Of a stretch of DNA of 64,000 nt, positions 26,450 through 38,900 are shown piece after piece (position 1 is the first letter of the stretch; every line of letters starts with the position of its first letter). The stretch lies in the NCBI GenBank assembly GCA_023213395.1, contig CM041465.1, forward strand, positions 152,713,741 to 152,777,740. Direction: 5' to 3'. The translations under genes and the position numbers were made by a program. The notes beneath the pieces were generated by a model. The model saw nothing but the letters and a program-made list of their open reading frames with translations. It did not search any database and was not told the DNA's origin. The DNA is from Cycas panzhihuaensis. Lineage: Eukaryota; Plantae; Cycadophyta.

Positions 26450-28062
26450 GAAAGAATAAACCATGGAATTTTTTTAGAAACTTGTCATTTATAGATTTGT
26501 CAACCTCAAGGCCCTCTAACTTGGTTATCCTATATGCACCATTGTCGAGGCTCTCAAGAATGACAAAAGGGCCCACCTATTTGGGGCCAAATTTTGATAG
26601 GTAATCATAGAGATACTCTAGCTCAAGGAATTGGTCCTTGGGATTCAAGGGATAAGGACGTAGATGCTTATCATACATCCTTTGTTCCCTAGCCTTGGAT
26701 GTTAGGTTAGCTTGGTACATGGCCAAGCGTCTTTCATCCACAGCCTTGAGATTGAGGAGGCAAGCCTAGTGGCGCCATTTCTCATTGACAAACTCTTTAA
26801 GGGATACCCTTAAAGAGAGAATCTCAAATTTTAAAGGCAAAATTATGTCAATTTCATAAACCATGGAGGAAGGTGTCATCTCCATGGTAGTGCAGATCGA
26901 GGTGCGATAGGCCCACAAAGCTAAATAAAGTTAAACATGTCAATCTCTTTGAGATTGGGCAATGATTTTATTTAGAATATTAATTAGGGTTTTATTGAAG
27001 ATTCAATTTGGCCATTAGCCTAGGGGTAATAAAGGGATAAAATCTTATGAGAGATCTTGAATCTCTCATAAAGCTTATCCATCTCTTTATTATAGAATGG
27101 AGTTCCATTATTTGTGATGATAATGCTTGGAATCCAAATTGATAGATAATATATTGATACACAAAGGTGGTAATCATCTTACCAGTTGTAGAAGACAATG
27201 GGATAGATTCATCCCATTTGGTGAAGTACTTCATTGCATTTAAGATAAATTTATGATGAACTAAGGAAGGTAGAGTAATAGCTCCAATTAAGTCTAATCT
27301 CCATTGGGAGAAAGGCTAGGGGGATATGATAGCACATAACACCTCAGAAGGCTAGTGGATAACATTGGCATGCTCTTAGCATTTACTGCAACACTACACA
27401 TAGGCATAGGCATCCTTGAACAAGGATGGCCAATAGTATCCCATGAAAAGGATTCTTTAGGCCATGGATTAGCCTCTAAAGTAGCCTCCACACTATAGCA
27501 TTCATAGAGAATTTGGTCAATCTCCTCTAGATTAAGGTAAAGAGGAGAATGTCATCAAAGGACTGCTTATCCAATATGTCCTACATAAGGAAGTATTATC
27601 AAGTGAAAGCCCTAATATGTGACTTCACTTTATCATTGGTATTATTAGGGTATTACTATTGAGTAAGGTATTGTATAATATCCCTATACCATTTTCTATC
27701 AGCTAATGGATGGGGGGATGCGTGTTAGAGAGCTAGGATGGGTTCATCCAGCAACGAATCATTAACTAGAACCCTAAGACAAATAGGGATGGGGGTATCA
27801 ACTAATTGTTCCACAACTATCATCCCCTTCCTAGACTTCTAGTTAATAATTTTAAGGTTGTATTCCTAAAGGAGGATGAGCCATTTACTTATCCTTCTTG
27901 TCAAATCTAACCAGGTCAAAAGGTATCTCATCATATCAAATTAGATGATCATGTGAGTGGTATTGCCTAAGAGGTAGTGTCTAAACTTCTTAGTAGTGTG
28001 GACTGAGGCTAAGCACTTATTTTCTGCTAGTAGGTAGTTTAATTCTACTAGCACCAAAATGT
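26450..28062 (-). pseudogene. Gypsy RNase H C-terminus and integrase (decayed)
   Basis: ORF fragments 26364-26576, 26992-27234 and 27294-27491; GYYWP, LWAYRT motifs. Confidence 0.88.
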
Positions 28063-28066
28063 GAAA

Positions 28067-28273
28067 AGCCATTAAGAAAAGCACTTTTGATGTCCATTTG
28101 GCAAATGTCCCATTTCATTTGAGAAATTAAATTAATAATCATCTAAATTGTTTCCATTTTGGCAACTACAACAAAGGTCTCATTATAATCAATGCCTTCC
28201 TTTTGAGAGTATTCTTTTATAACAAGATGAGCTTTGTGCTTATCAATAGAGCCATTAGATCTTAATTTTGTTT
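28067..28273 (-). pseudogene. Isolated ~205-bp Copia RT fragment of the Copia-2 family
   Basis: Near-identical to 31892-32098 ([37 protein letters not shown]). Confidence 0.9.
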
Positions 28274-28736
28274 TGTGTGCTTTTCTGGGTGCTTTTATGT
28301 TGCTCCTTCCATCTATTTCTTCTTGCACCTCTTTTTCTTCTATTCTCCTACACAGTCTTTAATCTTAGAGCCATTCTTCTTATTTGGAAATCTATTTGGC
28401 ATTAATTCCCCATGATTCTTACTCCTTTAGCTGCATTTATGGCTATTGGGTATCCTTCTTCCTCTTCCTTGAAGAAATCTGGCAGTTTTAAAACCCTACT
28501 ATGCATATTTTCTTTCTAAATGATTTTCCTATTTTTAGTTTTTCAACTAACTTTTGAATGGTTGAGAAACCAAATTAAATCCATTTATTTAAGGGTTTTC
28601 TTTCTTCTATTGCATAGAGGACATGTATAAACTTGTCCTCCTAAAATTTCGTGTGAAATAGACTCCTTTTTCCCTGTCAAAATTGCATCTGTTGTACCAT
28701 TTTTCCATTTTATGTTTTTCTATTTTCCATTTTTCA

Positions 28737-28935
28737 GGTTGCACTTCAGGACATATTGGTTGCACTTTAGGTTACACTAGTTGCACTTTAGGATGCACTG
28801 GTTGCATTTCAAGTTGCACTGGTTGTGCTTTAGGACACACTGGTTATACTTATAGACCACTTAGTTGCACTTATAGTCTACTCGGTTGCACTTGTAGTCC
28901 ACTTGGTTGCACTTGTAGCCCACTTGGTTGCACCT
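28737..28935. repeat. 21-bp tandem repeat, ~9.5 units (GGTTGCAC... core)
   Basis: Directly visible; minus strand reads as VQPxxxx heptads. Confidence 0.92.
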
Positions 28936-30719
28936 GCTTTACATTTTTTAAGCATCTCAATGGTATTTTTCTACTAAATGAAGGTTACAAACATAAAAAA
29001 TAAATATAACAAGGCATTTTAAATAATATTATAAAATTAAGGTCTGAAAATAGATCAGCTCTCCCTAAATTTTTGTCTCGATCTATCACTCTAGTGAGAA
29101 GATCTGATATGATCTATGTTCTCCTCTTCATGTTTTACTTTTCAAGATCAAGGAGAAACTCTTTCTTTTAAACCATTGTAGCTCTCTATTTAACTATTAA
29201 AACTAGCACTTATAACTACTCATTCTATTTGTCTCTGAGTCATCTTACCAGCAAAGAAGATAGATCTTAATTTTATCCATCTGTTTGTGAGATATCTTTG
29301 TCAGATCATGAAGTGCTTCACCCGTTTATGTAAAAAACCTACATATAATTAAATTTTAATTTATTTTGTTTTCTTCTAAAGTTTAAGTTTAATTTAATTT
29401 AAGTTTATAATTTTTTAGTTCCAAGCATGTTAGCCTCCCTCCATCCTTAGCCCCTAGTCTTATTTGCTCCATATGACCTTTTATTTGTAGATTTCAAATA
29501 ATATTAATCTATATTTTATAACTTTTTTATTATTCAAAAACTATATTTTATATTCTATATAATTTGGATTCTACTAGCCCCCTTAGGCCTCTATCAATCA
29601 GTCATATTGAGCCCCCAGGTGACTTGGGCTTATTGATCAAAGGGGCTTAACCCCCTTCCTTCTATAGTTTTGTGTTATAAAGAGGACCTTGGACATTTTC
29701 TTTAATAACTTGAGTTTTACAACTCTATTTTTGGAACCATCAAAATCATTGAAAAGATATTTTAGCACTCTACATATTAGAGTAGTTTCATCTCATTTCC
29801 ATGCTATTTTGTAGGTCTTTGAAGCTATTAAATTTGAGTCTTTGCTTCAGTCCTAATTATATGCATTATTTAATATTTTGAGCCAAATTTCTCATTCCAA
29901 CTAAATATATTTGATCATTATCTACATGCTAATTAATTATTGATAATATTTATTTGGTTTTATAAGCTTACAAGTTGTTTTCTAGCTCTTTAGCATCAAT
30001 TTTGGCTTCTTGAAGATTATAAACCCTATTTAGATCAAAACAATAAATTGGTACTCCTTACCATTACTGTTCTCTTTTTTCAACATTTATATTTGAATTT
30101 AAAAGGATTTATTTAAGTATTTTTAACTATTTAAGACCTTTCATTGCCTTTAAAACTTCAAGATTATACCTAGTTTGCATATAAATTTATAACAGATCAA
30201 CTCTTCATTTCATCTATATTATTTTAAGAAAATTTGCTAGAAATTCCATATATCTTAAGATTGTTGGTTCACTAATTAAAGAAACATTCTTATTTGCCTT
30301 AAATCCACTATATCTTTTAAGATTGATAAGTGTATTTTAGTGTAGTCATAAGCTATTTGTGGCTCCTTTATGCTTTTGAGTTTCATCTTATTATTCGCAG
30401 AGGAGCAGAGCAGGTTAGGATGCCATTCTGATTAACAAATTTCCATATAATAGAAGGCAGTGTTAAAAAAACCTAGGTTGTAATACAACCCTTTAAATAG
30501 AAATTTGGGGAGCCGCTTAAGCAGCTCAACCCGACCTGTATGTTAACTGTTAAAAATAAAAAAATAAATTAAAATAATAAAGCATACCTGAATATGTCAG
30601 TTGATGATGGCTTGGGGAGGCTCTAGGTGCCTTAGGGAGCCCTAAATGTGGCTTTGAGGGGCCCTAGGTGCACATATCCTTAGGACATTGGGGGTTATCC
30701 CAACATTCTCCTCCATAAT

Positions 30720-33700
30720 CCCCAATGTGAGGAATTCCTAAATTTTCTCTAAATTTCTAGAACTTGATCTTACCCAATGCTTTTGTGAAGATATCCACTG
30801 TCTAGTCCTCCATACTATAATATTTTAGCTCAATTTGTCCTTCGTGTACTAATTCACAAATGAAATGATGTTGTGTCTTAATATGCTTAGTTCTACCATG
30901 AAAAAATAGATTCTTTGTCATTTATATGGTGCTTTAATTATTGCACTAGATTTTGGTTGGCCCGTACTATTCTATATTAAGATCTTATAGAAGACAATGC
31001 AACCAAACTATTTCACATGCCTCTAAAACTACTGTTTTATATTTTGCCTCTTCTATTGATAAAAAACTATATTTTGTTTCTTTAAGCTCCACACTTTAAC
31101 TATTGAAACTATATTAAAGGTGTAACTTGATGTAGATTTCCTATCATCTATATCACCAGCCCAATCTGAATCTGTATGCCTTATTAATCTTAAATTTGAT
31201 GTAGACCTGTAACATAGCCTAAAATCTATTGTGCCTTTAAGATATCATAGGATTCTTTTTGCTACTTGCCAATGAGAAGTCTTTGGATCATGCATAAATT
31301 AAGATACCACAGTAACTACATGCATGATATTAGGTCATGTAGAAGTCAAGTAAATTAAGCTACCAATTAGTTGCTTGTATAGTATCTGATCCATATGAGC
31401 AGACTCATCATGCTTTGAAAGTTTTATTCCAACTTCAGTAGGAGTAACTAAAAGTTTACATTTGCTCATCTTAAACTTTTCAAGTAAGTCTAAGGTATAT
31501 TTTCTTTGGGAGATAAGAATGCTGCCATCATCTTGTCATACTGCTATTCATAGGAAGTAATGCGTTAGACCCAAGTTAGTCATTTTAAATTCTCTACATA
31601 TATCTCCCTTGAATTGATGTGAGAGTTGTGGATCACTTCATATGTCAAAAAGATCATCAACATATAATCCCATAATTAAGATCAATTTACCTTCAATCTT
31701 AGTGTATAGATTTGGGTTTGATTGAGATCTTTTAAAGCCTTAATCTTTGTAATATTTATGAATACAAGAATACCATGCCTTAGGTGCTTGTTTAAGTCCA
31801 TAGAGTGCTTTCTTGAGTTTGTACACTTTGTTTTCTTCCCCCATGACTTTAAAACTGAGGGGTTGAGAGACATAGATATCTTCTTCGATATAGCCATTAA
31901 GAAAAATACTTTTGATGTCCATTTGGCAAATGTCCCATTTCATTTGAATAGACAAATTAATAATCATCTGAATTATTTCCATTCTGGCAACTACAACAAA
32001 GGTCTCATTATAATCAATGCTTTCCTTTTGAGAGTATTCCTTTTTAATAAGATGAGCTTTGTACTTATCAATAGAGCCATTAGATCTAAATTTTATTTTG
32101 TATATCCACTTAGTCCCAATAGGTTTTTTATTGGGAGGAAGATCAACTAATTCCCAAGTGTCATTTTTTACAATGGAGTTGTATTCTTCCTCCATAACTT
32201 TTCTCCATGTAGCATCTAAATTAGCCTCATTAAAGGTTTGAGGCTCATGTGTTTCCATAACATGAGACATAAGGGTAAAGTTTACTCTATGAGATCGAGT
32301 TGATCTTTTATTATAATCATGATCCAACATGTTATCCATGCGATGATATGTGTGAGTCCATTTAGGAATTATTGGTGGTGGAGGTTAAGAGGTTTCTTCC
32401 CTAGGAAAATTTTGTAGTGGAGCTTGAGAAGAAGTTCCCTCCCCACTTTCAACATCAATGGTCCTTCTTTGGAGCTACCAAGGTGTCACATATGTGGACC
32501 TAGGATTGGAATTAATATTTATTACCATATTCTTTCCTTTTTCTTGATGATGATCAATATAATAGGAATCGGTTTCTTGAAAGATGACATCTCTGCTCAT
32601 GATAACCTTTCTTACTTTTGGATCATAAAGTTTATATGATTTTGATATATCACTATTGATGATGAAAATTTATTTGGTACTATGATCATCTAGTTTAGTC
32701 CTTTTCTATTCAAGAATATAAGTATATGCCATGTAGCCAAAAACTCTTAAGTGATGGATACTTGGTTTGTATCCTATCCATGCTTCTTCGAGAGTTTTCC
32801 ATCGAAGTGCTTTAGTGGTACTTCTGTTAATTAAATATACTATAGTATATATTACTTTGACCCAAAATTAATTCCCTAATCTTTTAGCTTTCAGCATGCA
32901 CCTTGTCATTTCAACTATGGTGTGATTCTTTCTTTTAGCTACACCATTTTGTTGAGGGGTGTAGGGATTGGTTAACTAATGCCTGATCCATAGTGAACAC
33001 AATAAGCATTGAATTGATTTAAAATGAATTCTCCACTATTATCTAATCTTAGGGAGAGTATATTGTGTCTACTTTGTCTCTCCACATAGGTTTTGAAGTC
33101 AATAAAGTGTTGAAACGCGTCAGATTTAAATTTTATGAAGAAAACCCATGTTTTCCTTGTATAGTTATCAATAAAAGTAATAAAGTATTTTGCTCCTCCT
33201 AGAGATGGAGTTTCCATGGGACCACAAATATTAGTATATACCAATTAAAGAGGATCTTATTCTCTATAGGTAAATTTAAAAAAAAAATTCCTATGTTATT
33301 TTCCAAGTAGGCATCCTGTTGGAGTGTGTGATGTTAACTATCATGAGGAAGTCCTCTTCCCAAATCACCCCAGGGCTTTTGATGTAACGACAACCCATGA
33401 CAAGTGGTATCAGAGAAACCAGGGTTCAAAACTAGTCTTGTGTACTATGATAACACATTTAGAGACACGTGAAGGTGTTAGGGGTGATATTGAGGAATGT
33501 CACGGTGGATATGCATATCGTGTAGGTACAACCGACTTCTTGTGACAGGGGAGTATTGGAGTGCATGATGCTAACTATCACGAGGAAGTCTTTTCCCAAA
33601 TCACTCTAGGGCTTTTGGTGTAATAGCAACCCATGACACACACCTCACATACATTTTTTTCCACTTTAATATGGGGAAACCCATCAACCATGTTCATCCT

Positions 33701-35320
33701 TTTCATAAGTTCCAAACTACTATAATTCAAGTGCTCAAATATTTTATGTCACATGGTAGTGTTAATCTTGGTGGTTATTTTCAAAGCATAAGAATCAGAT
33801 TGAGGGATGACAAGTTTGAATAGATTATCTCTTGTCATTTTTCCTCTAGTAAAAATTACTTTATTTTGTCTCTTATCTTTGATAATACACTCACCATTAT
33901 CAAATATGGCTCTATAATCCTGACCCATCATCTGTCCCATTAATAGTAGATTCTTCCTTAAGGCTAGAACATATAGAACATCCTTAATGTATTTGATTTC
34001 TCTTAAATTGATTTAGAGAGCTACATTTCCTTTTCCAATAACTTCATAGGTTGTATTGTCTCTAAATATAACAGAGCCCATTTTGGCTATATCCATTGTT
34101 TGAAACCAACCTCTTGTTTGAGCTATGTGAGTTGAGCATCCTGAGTCAATATACTGACTACTATTTTCATCTTCATTGGGTAGAAAGCAAAATAGGAATA
34201 ACCAATTTTCTCTATTTTGCATAGTAGTGTTAGCACTTCCTTTGTTAGGTGGTCTATTTTTAGCAAAGCACCTATCTTCTGTATGACCAAGGTAATTACA
34301 AAAGGTGCAATATGATGAATCTCTTCTCTCATAACTAAGACTTCTACTATGAGGATAAGATCTCTCAATATGAGATGGCCTTCCTCTTTTTTCATAAGAA
34401 GGTGGATAATCCCTTTACCTATGATTTGGAGGATGAAAATTTTCCCTTTATAGTGGTATGTCCCTTTGGCAAGTAGGATAACATTGATGTATCCCTTGTT
34501 GTCTTTCTTCACTTGGATATCTAGTTTACCTTGAATCTCTTTGATTATCTTCTTATCTTTGGTGAGGAGCTTGATATCTTGGCTACCTTTGTTAGTACGG
34601 TGTATGTCTAGGGTTTCTACTCTTTTCTTTCAGAGACTAATCCCTAGATTTAGAAGTGCTTACTTGAGTATGTAGGTATATCCTTACCTTAGTGGAAAAA
34701 GTATATTCAAGTGATTCATTAGATGCCTTCTTCTCTTTAACGGTCATTAACATGGCACTCAATTATTCTATTTTGAGAGTGCCCAAGTCTTTGGGGACTT
34801 TAATGTTAGTTGCAACCATTTCAAAACTTGGTACGACACTGACACATCGTAGAATCCTTTCAACAACTCTTCATTTCATTAAGGTCTCTCTAAGAGATCT
34901 CATATGATTAACTAGGTCTTGTACCTTTGTTATAAAGTCAGCAACTAATTCATTTAAATTCATCCTTAGGTTTTCAAATTTACTCCTAAGGGTTTGAAGC
35001 TTTGATGAATCCACTCCTTCATAAATCAGTTATAAAGTATCTCATACTTGCTTTGATGTGGCCGCTTCACTCACTCTTGGAAAAAGTTTAACATCAATAG
35101 CACAAAACAATAATGTTAGAGACTTATTATCTTTCTTGACCATTTTTTTTAATACACTCTTTTGTTTATTTGTGGTTTGGTCACCTAGATCTATATAGAT
35201 TGTCTAAACTATGCCCTATAATTCCTTCGACATGAGGATAGATTTTATTTTTCTGCTCCAAATTAGAAAATTTATCCTATCAAATACTAGAATAGTCATA
35301 TTTCCTGTGCTCATTACCAT
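30720..35320 (-). pseudogene. Copia-2 gag-pol (many stops and frameshifts)
   Basis: ORF 31740-32339 (RT), 32972-33244 (INT), 34013-34222 (PR, YIDSGCS), CTFCNYLGHTEDRC zinc knuckle. Confidence 0.92.
33317..33638 (+). mobile_element. TRIM (terminal-repeat retrotransposon in miniature), 322 bp
   Basis: Direct repeats 33317-33402 and 33554-33638 (TG/TA..CA); PBS TGGTATCAGAG 33405-33415; PPT AGGGGAG 33547-33553; degenerate TSD CATCC/CACAC; interrupts the CxxC of the Copia-2 integrase zinc finger. Confidence 0.92.
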
Positions 35321-35451
35321 GTTACTTAACTTGGGTTATGATAGTAATCCTTTAGTAAATAAAATATATTTATCCCACCAAGGTTTTAGTTAAATAAATA
35401 AAAAAAGGTTTTTCAAGTGTAACCCAAGGTTTTATCCAAAGTTTTTAATAA

Positions 35452-35942
35452 GTGAACTAGTACCTATTAAGGCTACTAGGCTCTAAGTTTAAGTTTCTCC
35501 TCGGGTAACCTTCTGTTGCCATCCTATCTAGTGGTGCCTACCCACAAATGGCAAAACAAGGATCTAATATATCGGTACGTGAGTTCTAGGCTCTATATAC
35601 CTCAGTACGCAGGCTACTAAGAAGGCTTTTACACCCCCTTGAATTGCTGAATCACCTACATCAGACTTATGCCCAGTGACAGATCTAGCGGTGAAGGTTC
35701 TCAAACCAAGGAACTCACCCTCTCTAAGTCTAGCCTTAGTCTCTAAAAACCATAAATGGAATAGGTTCTGTACCTCAGTCTGCCACTGAATATACATGAT
35801 AGCCAAAGGCTTTCCTCATCTAATATGAGTAGGCTAAGTGGCATGTGTAGGGTGGTAACTTCAGGAGTCCTAACTATTCCCCTTGTAAGGCTAGAAGAAA
35901 AAGGAGGTTCAATTCAGGTAATTATCTAATTTAATATGAGAA
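35452..35942 (-). ncRNA. Second copy of the putative structured leader RNA (Copia-2)
   Basis: Colinear with 19262-19740. Confidence 0.65.
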
Positions 35943-38900
35943 AAATTTAATATAGATGGTCTTTCTTATAAATAAGATTCCTTTTAGAATAAAAAAATTG
36001 AAATGAAACTTGAAAATGAAGACTAAAGTCCAATTTCTTTCAATACTCAAATATCAATTTGAAAAATAAAGTATGAAATATCTTTTTTAATAAAATAATG
36101 CTTTCAATTTCAAAATAAAATTCTCCCTTTGAAAGTATAAATGATAATCTCACAATTAGAAAAGTATGAGAAAATTTGAATTAATATTCACACCTTTAAA
36201 CAAATCAAATGCCTTTTTCAAAAAGGAATAACTGTTCAATGTTCAAAGAAGCCTATATGCACTTTCCTTTCAAAATAAAGATGTATATCTATGATTAGCC
36301 TATTTATGCAATTTGAAAATTAAAAAAATACTCTCCCCTTTTGAAGTATTAGATTCCTTTGTAAAAAATAAGAACCTTTTCCGTCAAAAAATATGAAATA
36401 AAGATGAAAAAAAAAAAAATCTAAATGAAAGCCAAGTGAACTCATTTAATTAAGTTTTATAAGCAGGTTCTATTGAGAATGGAGGGGGGATAATTATTAT
36501 TTAATAATCACAAATAAGTGTAAATAATCCTTGAATCAAGTAAAAAAAGAATTTAAATAAGTTTTAGATTTGATAAAAGTAAAAAATATAACAAGAAATA
36601 CCTATTTACCAAGTCAAATGAAAAAGAGGGTCTCCTTTTAATCTAGAGGCCTAAAAGTAGGCTAAATGAGTTGCAAAATAGCTTAAAAACTTAATAAGTA
36701 CTAGTAAATCTTGTTAATTATTAGTATTATATAAATATCAAGTGAAATATAGTCAAAATTATAAAGAAATTTGGCTCACAATTCTTAAAGAAAGTCTAAC
36801 TATGACTTAAATAAAACTTCAAATTTATGAGATTTGAAAGTCTACAAGAAAACTTCAAAAATTATAAATAAATATGTCAATTCAAAGAGAAATGAGTCAG
36901 CTTCCCAAAGAAACTAACAGATCTAAAACCTGATATGAATCAGAAAAGTTATATCAAAAAAGGTGAAAGGTACTTTTTATGTTAATAACTCAAAAAACTT
37001 TGAAAAATAAATAATTGACTTTAACTTATCAAAATTAGGTCAAATTAGCTTCAAAGGTAGTAAATAACCAATCAAAATTATAGCCCATAAAATTTGGGAC
37101 TCAATAAAACTAGTTTTGTCAGAAACTAAGACCCCAGTGAAAAGATATTGCGAAAAAGAGCCAGGTACCCTATGTATTAAAGATAAATAAAAATAATAAA
37201 AATAAAAATAAAAAAGAAAAGTTTATTAACCTTAAGATAGCCCCTTTAATAAATGAGCTAGAGGTCATGTGGACTAATGTGACTAGAGGAAAATCTCTTA
37301 AGGGGGGCTAAGATCCTTTTAACATGGAAATAAAAGTTTATAGAAAAGGATTTAATTTTTAATTCTTATAAACTTTATAGCTATAATAAAAAGAATATCA
37401 ATACGTATCACGCTGCAACCAAAAAATAATCAAACAGACATGATTTATGTGACTACAATGCACTGATAATGATTGAGGGAGTATTGAATTGGGGGCGTTG
37501 AGGATCTTGCTAGAGGATCGAACAGAAAAAAAAAAAAAAAAAAAAATTATATATATATAAAATGCACATAAATGGAGTGTATAGCGCGTGGCTTGTGTGA
37601 GAGTGCAGTGACAAAACTAAAATGAAAATTGCTTATTTAAAAATTAGATCTAGGTTGTAGTAGCACATAGGGGGCACTCGAGTAGGTAGACTTTGACAGT
37701 GTAAATTTTTTTTTTTTAATTTGAAAAAAAATATGAAAAATAGTGCAAAAATATTGAAAACTTAAGAAACTAGATCTAAGGCTGGATCTCACCAACAGAG
37801 AGACAGTTTATCATGAAATTTTAAAGGGGGTAGATATCTAAGATGATTAGTTGCTAGTAAATTTTTGTGGCAAACTAAGCTTTGTATAAGAGAAACGAAG
37901 TAAAAGAAATAATACTTAAAAATAGGGAACTGAGGTTAAGTTAGCGATATCTCCCTTCACAAGGTATGAAATCACAAACCATTTTTTCTGGAAGGTAGAT
38001 GGTTTAGTGATGAATCCAATCAGTAGTCATATGCTCGAATTTTGATCAGTGGTTGAGCTAGATCAATTTGAATGTAGGGTATCACTCTTTGAAAGAACAA
38101 CAACAAAATATCACGTAAATAAATATGAAAATTAATCAAATATTTTGATATACTAAAGTTTAACTATAAAGCAATCAAATATATATCAAAATAAAATGAA
38201 CTGATTACAAATCCATACAACCATACATGCTCTAATACCAAATTTTATTTGTAGAGGAGCAGAGCAGGTCAGGATACCATTGTGATTAACAAATTTCTAT
38301 ATAATAGAAGGTGGTGTTGAAAAAAACCTAGGTTGTTATACAACCCTTTAAATAGAATTTTAGGGAGACTCCTAAGCGTCTTAACTTGACCTGCATGTTA
38401 GCCATCAAAAATTTAAAAATAAATTAAAATAATAAAGCATACCTGAATATGTCGATTAATAATGACTTAGCAAGGCTCTAGGTACCTTAGGGAGCCCTAG
38501 GTGCACATATCCTTAGGACATTAGGGGTTATCCTAACACATCTCACATTAAGCATTTTATTATATTTATATTTATACTTCATAGTTTATCTCTTTAAAGC
38601 CTCATATATTTGTCATTGCTTGAAGAGACTATAATTTGAACATTGATCATTATTTCAAAGTCTACTGCTTTGCATTTAAATATTAAAAGCTTCATGCTTT
38701 TAGCTCATAATTTTATCTCCTTATTCATTCACTTGAATCTTTTAGTAAAGGTGCATTTAGTTTTATTTCAATAAAGGTTGTTTATATTATTTTTTAAGGA
38801 GCACATATTTATTACTATTTGCATGTTGTATTTGATTTGAAAGGCTCATTTGATGTTATTTACTCTTAATAAGATTTTAAAATTAAAGGATCATTTTTGC

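Larger units (their letters stand above)
21050..28062 (-). mobile_element. 5'-truncated Tat-type Ty3/Gypsy element: RH-INT, antisense PMD gene, extra RNase H, 3' non-coding region
   Basis: Integrase motifs (YFTKWDESIPL, GPF..DNGAYRI) at 26450-27900; extra RNase H at 22250-22650; 21500-22650 is homologous to 62850-63880. Confidence 0.85.
30389..38538 (-). mobile_element. Copia-2: complete but decayed Ty1/Copia related to Copia-1, with a ~2.9-kb 5' leader
   Basis: LTRs 30389-30705 and 38243-38538; TSD CATCT (30384-30388 and 38539-38543); PBS 38229-38240; gag-pol remnants 30720-35320. Confidence 0.95.

Noticed and set aside
28737-28935. CRISPR-like array
   Set aside because: Head-to-tail 21-bp minisatellite with related units and no unique spacers; eukaryotic TE context, no cas genes
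33340-33360. Cassandra-type 5S rRNA in the TRIM LTR
   Set aside because: Only GGAAGTCCTC (10 nt) matches plant 5S; no recognisable A box or intermediate element
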